64,000 bases of DNA from Myxococcota bacterium. Lineage in GTDB: Bacteria > Myxococcota_A > SURF-8. Below, piece after piece: positions 56,991 through 64,000 of this stretch; positions within the stretch are counted from its first letter, which is position 1, and every line of letters begins with the position of its first letter. The stretch is from the NCBI GenBank assembly GCA_965140415.1, contig OZ223209.1, positions 1,504,001 to 1,568,000 on the forward strand, given 5' to 3'. Under the pieces are notes generated by a model that worked only from the letters and a program-made list of their open reading frames with translations, had not been told where the DNA came from and ran no database searches. Made by a program: the position numbers and the translations under genes.

Positions 56991-58301
56991 TTACCCGAAA
57001 TCCACTACTTCCATTAAAATATCCAATACGAATTTGGTATGCATGTTCAAATTGTAGTGGCTGATGATGTCCTCGATGCCGCTATGGCAGTTGTGACAGG
57101 GTGTGACGCAAATATGCGCGCCCGTCTCCCGCAATTGATCCGCTTTAACACGGATGCTCTTCATACGCGAGTTTTTCCAGGGCGGACCGCAGTTGATGAT
57201 GCCGCCGCCCGCCGCACAACAGTAGTTGTGTTCGAAGCGCGGGCTGACATCGGTGAACTTTTCACAGGTTTCGTTAATGATATAGCGCAGTTTGTCACCC
57301 AGACCCAGTCCGCGCACGGTATTGCAGGGGTCTTGTACGGTCACATGTTCCGGGTATTTCTTTTTAATGCGCACTTTCTTGTTTTTGATCAAATCGTAAT
57401 AGAAATCAATGGCATGCACCATTTCGATCGGCGGATACTGCCAACCCAACCAGCGGGGACCGTCGTAAACCGCGCCGCGATAGGCATGACCGCATTCGCC
57501 CATAACGATCTTCTTGACCTTTAACCGTTCTGCGGTTTCCCAGTGCAGCCGTTCCACGCGCCCCATGACTTCGAAATCGCCGGAGAACATGGCCATGTTG
57601 CTGTTGTCCCAGCCGTCGGTTGCAGGCATGGTCCAGTCGATTCCGGCTACCGTCATCAACTTGGCCATATTGGCGAGCAGGTGCGCCATGATCTTCGGTT
57701 CCGGACCGATAACGGAGTAAAGCACTTCCGCGCCTTCTTTTTCCAGCGGGATGCGCAGGTTCGGCATGTCGAACTGGGCTTCTTCCTCCTGCCACATCAG
57801 CGTATCGATCCATTCGTCCTGGTTCACCCACATCTGGTTGTTGGTGGCCGAGTGACTGTTGGTGGTATCTTGCAGGAATTGCGGAACCACGCGCAACAGG
57901 TGGCAGATACGACGCGCCAGCATCATCAAATATGCGATATCGATGCCGAAGGGGCAGTACATGCTGCAACGACGGCAGGTGCCGCATTCGGTGTAGGCGA
58001 TCACCGCCATTTGTCGGATGAATTCCGGTGAGACGTTGCCGTCTTTTTTCACCAGCTCCCAGATCGTGTTGCGTACTTTGCTGACGGGGGCGAATTCCGG
58101 ATCTTTATCCCGTGATAGATACGTGTGACAGGCATCGGCGCACAAACCGCAGCGCACACAGGTTTCCAGGTAGACTTTCAGCCTGGCGGCGGATTCCTGT
58201 TTGAGCACTCGGTCAACCGCCCATTTGATTTTCTCGGGAGTGAGGCGCTTGATACCCTCGTCGAGCCCTTGGTCTTGTACGTGTTCCCGGGTCGTGGTCA
58301 T
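56991..58301 (-). CDS. tmcB: Cytoplasmic Fe-S/CCG protein TmcB (DsrK/HdrD/HmcF family)
   Basis: CVRCGLCADACH, CGTCRRCSMYCP, QDT..SHSAT.NQMWV..DEWID.L.WQE.EA, GECGHA, NYCCAAGGG.INCGPP, PCHNCH. Resembles TmcB rather than HmcF as I recall them. Alternative start TTG 58307. Confidence 0.82.
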   Translation of the reverse strand: MTTTREHVQDQGLDEGIKRLTPEKIKWAVDRVLKQESAARLKVYLETCVRCGLCADACHTYLSRDKDPEFAPVSKVRNTIWELVKKDGNVSPEFIRQMAVIAYTECGTCRRCSMYCPFGIDIAYLMMLARRICHLLRVVPQFLQDTTNSHSATNNQMWVNQDEWIDTLMWQEEEAQFDMPNLRIPLEKEGAEVLYSVIGPEPKIMAHLLANMAKLMTVAGIDWTMPATDGWDNSNMAMFSGDFEVMGRVERLHWETAERLKVKKIVMGECGHAYRGAVYDGPRWLGWQYPPIEMVHAIDFYYDLIKNKKVRIKKKYPEHVTVQDPCNTVRGLGLGDKLRYIINETCEKFTDVSPRFEHNYCCAAGGGIINCGPPWKNSRMKSIRVKADQLRETGAHICVTPCHNCHSGIEDIISHYNLNMHTKFVLDILMEVVDFG

Positions 58302-58337
58302 GTTCAATGGTCCTCCAAGCGATTGATCGCGTCTCGA

Positions 58338-58997
58338 CTACCAGTCTTTGCTGTTACGAACAAAGCCGAACTCACTGCCCATATAAGCTCTGGTCAGTGG
58401 GAAAAAGAGCATATGGCTGATCCGGGTAAACGGTATGGCCATCAGCCACACTTCACCCGTCAGAATATGAGCGGTAATGATGGTGGTGTAGTCGGCTGCC
58501 TGATAATAAGCCAGCATGCCGGTGAAGAAGGGGCTTAGCACCAACAGAAGCAGCACGAAATCCCAGATCGAACTGACCATGCGCACGGTCGGCTCGGCCA
58601 GTCGGCGCAAACCGAAAATCACACCCACCACCAACACGATGATCGTCATGCTGTTGGTCATGCCTTCCGGCAGGTTCGCCCAGCGAAATCCCCAGGACTG
58701 CTCCAGCAGGATCAAATGACCCAGTGTCAACAGCGGGGTGACGATCAGGCAGAAGTGAAACAGAAACGACACGATCGTAAAGAAAGGACGTTTACGCATA
58801 TTGAGGCTGCCAAACGGGATCAGCCAGTGAAACACGGAGCGCAGTCCGAATTTCCAGTTCATGTAGGGGTAGACCACCTTGTCTTTCTTGGCCAGGCGGA
58901 TCATCGAGACCAGCTTGTAGATGCTGCCCAGGATGAAGACCAGAAAGGCGATCCATACCAAGGGTCCGCGTGCAAGTTCGTACAGTGCCACGGTCAA
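58338..58997 (-). CDS. tmcC: NarI-like cytochrome b membrane subunit TmcC
   Basis: GPLVWIAF, FLFH..L...GH, HILTGE....IPFTRISHM.F...TRAYMGSEFG.VR...DW. Confidence 0.82.
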   Translation of the reverse strand: MTVALYELARGPLVWIAFLVFILGSIYKLVSMIRLAKKDKVVYPYMNWKFGLRSVFHWLIPFGSLNMRKRPFFTIVSFLFHFCLIVTPLLTLGHLILLEQSWGFRWANLPEGMTNSMTIIVLVVGVIFGLRRLAEPTVRMVSSIWDFVLLLLVLSPFFTGMLAYYQAADYTTIITAHILTGEVWLMAIPFTRISHMLFFPLTRAYMGSEFGFVRNSKDW

Positions 58998-59041
58998 ACT
59001 CCTTTATAGATGAGTCGTGTCTTTACTGATTCGGTTACCAG

Positions 59042-60292
59042 TTACAGTTCCACGATTTCCCGGATGTACGAGCCATCCTGAATATAACGCAACATCAGCT
59101 TGTTGCCGTCCGTGCTGAAAATGGGATCCCACATTTTCTCAACGTTTTCGCCAAGTTTTCGTCCGTTCAGATAACAGCAGAATGTTCCATTCTGTTCTAC
59201 TTTGGCCGCAACCCGGTGTCCATCGGGGCTGATGACCGGATCCCAGGCCATGTCGAAGGTGTCCGCCCAGGCTTCGCCGTTGACGGCGACTCCCCAACGA
59301 TTATCACTCTTTACAAGGGCGGCTACGGTCGCCCCGTTTGCAGAAAGCACCGGTTGAGTTACCATATCCTTAAAGGTGGCCGACCAGGGTTGATCGTCTA
59401 CCGCGATGGACCAGCGCCCGAATTCTTTGGCGACGACCGCCGCCAGCCGGGAACCGTCTTGACTATACACGGGTTTCCAGCACTGAGCGAAGGAGCGGCT
59501 CCAGAAGGATTCGCCGTTACGAACCAAGGTCCAATTGCCCTGGATACGTACCGGAGCGATGACATCTTCGCTGTTGGGAACAAACAGCGGTTCCCACACC
59601 GCGGGATAGCGTGCCGACCAGGCAAGCCCGTTTTTAGCGATGGTGTATTCGTGGTTGCTGGTGCGCACTTGAGCGGCGACCTGGCTGGCGTCGTCATTGA
59701 AAACCGGCGCCCACAAGCCAAGGAAGCTTTGCTCCCAGGGGGTGCCATCGATCAGCAAGGTCCACATGCCTTTGAAAAACGACTCGATATCCGCCTCTTT
59801 GCGGGGGCCTGTTTGGATGCTGTAGGCCAGATGCTGTCCGTCGGGACTGACACAGAACTCACGAATGGCAGGGTAGCCGGTTTCAAAAGGTTGGCCGTTG
59901 ATCGATGCGCCGTAATCCATGCCGCTTTTACACAGGAAAGCGACAACTTCGCCATTGGCGCTGAAACGCGGCTGCCAGACGAAATCGAAACGTTCGCCTG
60001 CAACCTCACCATCCAGCGCCAAGCCCCATTCGTCGTCGTTCATCGCCAAGGCCATCAATTTGCCGCTGGGCAGATAGCGCAGATACCAGAGCTTTTCAAA
60101 CGAATTCGGCCAGGGCTGATCGTTCAGGCTGACCGTGTATTCATCATCCTCGGTTTTTCCCAAGGTGGCCAGGGTTTCTCCATCCGGAGAGGCGGCCATT
60201 TCATGAACTTCCTTGTAACCGGAATGAATGGTGTTGAGGTCCGCAAGGACTTTTTTCCCGTTACTCCAATCCCATTGCTCTTTCGCGCTCAT
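59042..60292 (-). CDS. tmcD: Trp-rich beta-propeller subunit TmcD
   Basis: WDW N-terminus, SPDGE, repeated W...F...W.P.FS.DG..(V/L)AA units; directly upstream of tmcC. Confidence 0.8.
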   Translation of the reverse strand: MSAKEQWDWSNGKKVLADLNTIHSGYKEVHEMAASPDGETLATLGKTEDDEYTVSLNDQPWPNSFEKLWYLRYLPSGKLMALAMNDDEWGLALDGEVAGERFDFVWQPRFSANGEVVAFLCKSGMDYGASINGQPFETGYPAIREFCVSPDGQHLAYSIQTGPRKEADIESFFKGMWTLLIDGTPWEQSFLGLWAPVFNDDASQVAAQVRTSNHEYTIAKNGLAWSARYPAVWEPLFVPNSEDVIAPVRIQGNWTLVRNGESFWSRSFAQCWKPVYSQDGSRLAAVVAKEFGRWSIAVDDQPWSATFKDMVTQPVLSANGATVAALVKSDNRWGVAVNGEAWADTFDMAWDPVISPDGHRVAAKVEQNGTFCCYLNGRKLGENVEKMWDPIFSTDGNKLMLRYIQDGSYIREIVEL

Positions 60293-60391
60293 GCTCGCTA
60301 CTCCTGCTCGTCGGCTGGATAGAACGTTATGTAATTGTTACACTAAACTCATTCACTTCCGGACCGTCGTGGATTCATCAGGCTGAGCCCG

Positions 60392-60829
60392 TTACGGATC
60401 TTGAGATTCGAATCCCCATTGCTTGAAGTAACTGCAATCCCGGCAATCTTGTTGACTGCATAACACTCCAGGCAATTGACGGCGCAGAATGAAGCAATTT
60501 AAAACTTTTCCCTTAAATATCGGACAGGTTTCACACGATTCTACCGTTGCAATACGATGTTTCGATTTCAGATTATGAAATTCCCAGCAGTGCTCACGAT
60601 TAGCAACTTCGGTATCCAACAAATCCGTTGACATCCCATGAGAACGCATGAACGTTCGAAGGTCTTCGACCATCACCCGGTGCTGGCCACCTGCCGTCTT
60701 TTGAGCCGGCAAGCCTTTGGTTTTTATCCAGACCAGGATTGTATCGGAGGTGACGAAGCAGTAGCGGGCCGCTTGACCGGTAGACAGTGCCTTCGTTTTT
60801 TGGTTCGTATCCGTTTTTTCGATAGACAT
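60392..60829 (-). CDS. Excisionase/MerR-like HTH regulator with a 7-Cys C-terminal domain
   Basis: LSTGQAARYCFVTSDTILVWIK..GLPAQKTAGGQHRV...DLRTFM, then CWEF..CETCP..NCF..LC..CRDC; start ATG 60829. Confidence 0.82.
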   Translation of the reverse strand: MSIEKTDTNQKTKALSTGQAARYCFVTSDTILVWIKTKGLPAQKTAGGQHRVMVEDLRTFMRSHGMSTDLLDTEVANREHCWEFHNLKSKHRIATVESCETCPIFKGKVLNCFILRRQLPGVLCSQQDCRDCSYFKQWGFESQDP

Positions 60830-60899
60830 TGTGCACCCGAGGGGCCATCGACCCGGCAGATTCGGCTTTTTCAGCCTTTTCCTGGGTTCGTCGCTGCCG

Positions 60900-60928
60900 A
60901 GTATTGCAAATTCACGGGAATTTGTCAA
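60900..60928 (-). promoter_or_regulatory. Promoter TTGACA-N17-AATACT with palindrome CAAATTC-N4-GAATTTG in the spacer
   Basis: -35 at 60928-60923, -10 at 60905-60900, palindrome at 60907-60924. Confidence 0.55.
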
Positions 60929-60997
60929 TTCATTTTGCTACAGACTTTGGTTTGGAATAATTGCGTTTTCAACAGGTTATCGCAATAATACTACAGC

Positions 60998-61014
60998 TGT
61001 AACAAATTGTTACA
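60998..61014. promoter_or_regulatory. Perfect palindrome TGTAACA-AAT-TGTTACA (candidate operator)
   Basis: Read directly; AATTGTTACAC recurs exactly at 60333-60343. Confidence 0.5.
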
Positions 61015-61364
61015 CCTCTTTGTGGGCTGGATTGTGACAGCTATATGACGAACTTTGGTTTCCAGATGAAACGCCATGGAAATGCTAGTGCCTGATCCTC
61101 TGGAATATCTTTAGGTTATGGTAATTTTCATATTTCGGAGTGTGTTCTTGCGCCGAAGTGAGCACTCATTCACTTTTTTTAGAGAAAATTTTCTGCTACA
61201 GTTAAGGGATACAGTTGCAGCTACAGTGGTTTCAATCGAGGACGATATCGATCGGCACCGGTGGTTGACAAGCACGCTTTTATCCTTGCGTAACAGGTTG
61301 GAAATCTTTCATAATGTCGGCACCGAAGAAGTCAGTTTCCACTTGAAATTGCAAAGGACGGAAA

Positions 61365-62690
61365 ATGGATGTGTTGCTGATCGCCCCTCCGCTAGGATTC
61401 GAAACGGCTTATCCGTTGCGGCTGGCGTCATTGGCGGCGAGTTTGAAGCAACAGCAGTATCGCGTGGATGCGCTGGATCTGGTATGGGCGTCGAATACGA
61501 AAGAGGGCTGGCGTAAGCAACTCGCTCGCAGCTTGCAAGAATGGAACGATCAGCCACCGCAGGTCGTTGTGCTGGAAAGTTCAATTCGAAACGTGAGCGC
61601 CGTGCGCGATTGTGCAGCGCAAATCAAAGAAAAGCTGAATTGCCCGATTGCCATCTGTGGTAGTGCTGCCGCCATCTCTCCTGGCACCTTTGCCGAATTT
61701 CAATCCGTAGATCTGATCATTACCGGAGATGCCGAAGATGTATTGGCAACTTGGCTTGCTGCACGGCACAAGGACACTTCCTTGATTTCCGGCTTATGGC
61801 AGCGGAAAAGCGATGGTTCATGGCAACATGCCGAACCGGTTTTTCGCAGCATCAAAGAGCTTCCTGCACCGGATCGCAGCGTTTTTCCGTTGCATCGCTA
61901 CAGTACCCCATTGTTCGCCGGAAGAAAGCCGCAGGCGGCAGTGGAATTTTCAAGGGGATGCAGCCTGAATTGTCGCTTCTGTCCGACTCCGCACCGCTAT
62001 CGCACTACCTGCCGCTACCGTGACCCGGAAAGAATTGTCGAGGAACTTCAACGTTTGAAAGCGGATTTCGGTATTATGGCAGTGGCTGTCGAAGATGAGC
62101 AGCCTTTACTTGACCGCAAAAATCTGTTTCGTGTCTGTGAGTTACTGCGGCGCAATTCACTTGGAATGGAACTGGATTTTCCCAATGGCGTCTGGCCGTC
62201 CTTGCTGGATCATGACATGATCGACGAACTCGCCTCCGCCGGTTGCCGTCGCATTGCATTCGGAATCGAATCCGCTTCGCCACGGTTGCGAAAGGAAATG
62301 AATCGTCCGATAGAGATGGCGCAGCTAGAAGAGCTACTTGGCCGATGCCGCAAGCACAACATCTTGACCACCGGTTATTTTATGGTCGGTTTGCCCACGG
62401 AAACGCCAAGCGAACGGCTGGCCACGTTGCGGATGGCATGTTCGTTACCTTTGGACTATTCGCATCTTTCCGTTTATTGGCCATCCGATCACTTACAAAT
62501 GGAAATTACGGAAAATCAAAGGAAATTGGCGCATTGGCGTTCTGCTGCCTATACCTTGTTCTATCTGTCTCCTCGCAGAGCCGCACGCTTGCTGGCGAAA
62601 GGGGAACTGGCTTTGCCGGATATTCCGAAAGCCGCGTTGCGTCTTTTTCAATGGAGAAGTGGTGGTGCAATTGGCGGTGGGGGCTGGTGA
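61365..62690 (+). CDS. B12-binding domain radical SAM protein
   Basis: VLLIAPP..PL.LASLAA, D.IITGDAE, SRGCSLNCRFC, FGIESAS, GYFMVGLPTET. Confidence 0.88.
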   Translation: MDVLLIAPPLGFETAYPLRLASLAASLKQQQYRVDALDLVWASNTKEGWRKQLARSLQEWNDQPPQVVVLESSIRNVSAVRDCAAQIKEKLNCPIAICGSAAAISPGTFAEFQSVDLIITGDAEDVLATWLAARHKDTSLISGLWQRKSDGSWQHAEPVFRSIKELPAPDRSVFPLHRYSTPLFAGRKPQAAVEFSRGCSLNCRFCPTPHRYRTTCRYRDPERIVEELQRLKADFGIMAVAVEDEQPLLDRKNLFRVCELLRRNSLGMELDFPNGVWPSLLDHDMIDELASAGCRRIAFGIESASPRLRKEMNRPIEMAQLEELLGRCRKHNILTTGYFMVGLPTETPSERLATLRMACSLPLDYSHLSVYWPSDHLQMEITENQRKLAHWRSAAYTLFYLSPRRAARLLAKGELALPDIPKAALRLFQWRSGGAIGGGGW

Positions 62691-63012
62691 TAGGTGCTTT
62701 TTACCCATTGTTAGTTGTTGATGAATATTGAAAAGTTCTTTTAGAAACAAACAGGCATTGTTACGAAAAAATAACCCATGTTACACCTGTGTCTGGATTA
62801 TTCGGTCGACTGTCCGAATTCCTTGTTGTTTTACGTTGTTATTAGATCTGAAATATTCCAAGTGGTTCGATTTTATTGACGAATTGTGAATGATGAGGTA
62901 ACCTTTTACAGGTGTGATAGGTACACCTCCCTCTCGCTCGGTGCAGCCCGAAAAAAGTGTAGATAAAACTTTGCTATTATACTTGGTGTGGGGCTAACGG
63001 CTGAAAACAATC

Positions 63013-64000
63013 ATGGTTGAGAAGCGATTAAAACAATCCAAATCGAATTTCCGAGCAATTGGAATTTTGCTTCCATCTTTTCTAACTGTTCTATTATTTG
63101 TTGTTTCAATTTTTTCGATTATCCTGCCCTCCGTTCGAGAAAACCTTTTAGATCGCAAACGAGAAATGCTGAAGGGGTCTATTCAGATGGCTTACAGCCT
63201 TCTGGATTATTACGACCAGCAACAGAAGGAAGGTCACTTAACCCTCGAGCAGGCGCAAGCCAAGGCAATCGAGAAAGTCCGTGGAATGCGCTATGGGGTG
63301 GAGGGGAAAGACTATATCTGGATTCACGACACTCATCCCCGCATGGTGATGCATCCTTATCGCCCGGAAATGGAAGGGCAGGATCTGACCAAGTACAGCG
63401 ATCCGGAAGGAACCCGCCTGTTTTGGGAGAGTGTGAAATTACTGAAAAATAGTCCGGACGCGTTTATTCACTACTACTGGCAGTGGAAAGACGATCCCAA
63501 CCGGATCGAGCCCAAGCTCTCATATGTAAAAAAGTTTCCGCAATGGAATTGGATTCTGGGAACCGGATTATACATCAACGATGTCAATCAGGAAATCTCC
63601 AAATTAACCAACAAACTGGTCGTAATTTCCTCTGCGATTTTAGGGATTGTTATCGCTCTTGTATTGCTGATTGTTTTGCAGGCTTATCAATCGGAATATA
63701 AGCGCGAACAGGCGCGGATTGCCAGAGAGGAAGCGGAGCGGAAACTGAGTACGTTGATCGGCAATCTGCCAGGAATGGTGTATCGCAGTCAAGCCGATGA
63801 GCGCTGGACATTCGATTATGTCAGCGCCGGGTGTCTGGAATTGACCGGGTATCAGAATGAGGAGTTGATTGGCGGGCTTGGTTTCAGCGATTTGATTCAT
63901 GACGAAGACCGGCAGAATATGATGCAGGCGCTGGAAGCAGCATTGACGCAGGGAAATTCCTTTCAACTGACATTCCGAATTCATTCCAGACCTGACGCCA
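63013..64000 (+). CDS. Membrane sensor protein with sCache_2 + PAS domains (truncated by the window edge)
   Basis: Not in the track. Hand translation MVEKRLKQ..TM..MRYG.EGKDYIWI.D..PRMVMHPY.PE.EG..Y.WQW....PKLSYV..F..W.WILGTGLY..TM..LIGNLPGMVYR. Confidence 0.85.
   Translation, partial: MVEKRLKQSKSNFRAIGILLPSFLTVLLFVVSIFSIILPSVRENLLDRKREMLKGSIQMAYSLLDYYDQQQKEGHLTLEQAQAKAIEKVRGMRYGVEGKDYIWIHDTHPRMVMHPYRPEMEGQDLTKYSDPEGTRLFWESVKLLKNSPDAFIHYYWQWKDDPNRIEPKLSYVKKFPQWNWILGTGLYINDVNQEISKLTNKLVVISSAILGIVIALVLLIVLQAYQSEYKREQARIAREEAERKLSTLIGNLPGMVYRSQADERWTFDYVSAGCLELTGYQNEELIGGLGFSDLIHDEDRQNMMQALEAALTQGNSFQLTFRIHSRPDA

Noticed and set aside
56991-58997. Calling these genes hmcF and hmcE
   Set aside because: The motifs (SHSAT.NQMWV, SEFG.VR..DW) and the adjacent tmcD fit TmcB/TmcC better as I recall them; phylogeny is needed to confirm.
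60392-60829. Excisionase-like HTH as evidence of a prophage or ICE
   Set aside because: No integrase, att site or phage genes; the context indicates a transcription regulator.

Overview
Chromosomal window from a Gram-negative bacterium. By inference it is a Myxococcota-like or deltaproteobacterial lineage, given the PEGA protein, Cys-rich lipoproteins, Ser/Thr kinase and DUF4175 protein alongside anaerobic respiratory genes. I count about 47 CDS, two of them cut by the window edges, and found no rRNA, tRNA, CRISPR array or transposase. Recognisable housekeeping and metabolic genes are nagZ, rsfS, rlmH, a sphingosine-1-phosphate-lyase-like enzyme, a GH31 hydrolase, an OFA-type MFS transporter, ftcD plus a cyclodeaminase, acs, pgsA, TolC and MlaC. 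Highlights: (1) a hybrid transmembrane redox operon tmcD-tmcC-tmcB-hmcA(16 CxxCH)-hmcB-hmcC-hmcD, where hmcD is a 46-aa ORF missing from the ORF track, preceded by an HTH plus 7-Cys candidate redox regulator with candidate operators; (2) six unrelated lipoproteins that all carry Asp-Gly-Asp (DGD) motifs just after the lipobox, one with an 18-bp tandem repeat; (3) AT-rich insertions, namely a lone HEPN (RxxxxH) gene and a kinase-receiver-membrane protein trio; (4) a sulfoquinovosidase-like GH31 that seems to lack the sulfonate-binding residues; (5) a possible lipid or surface-modification cluster. All family calls come from motif recognition and memory, not from database searches.
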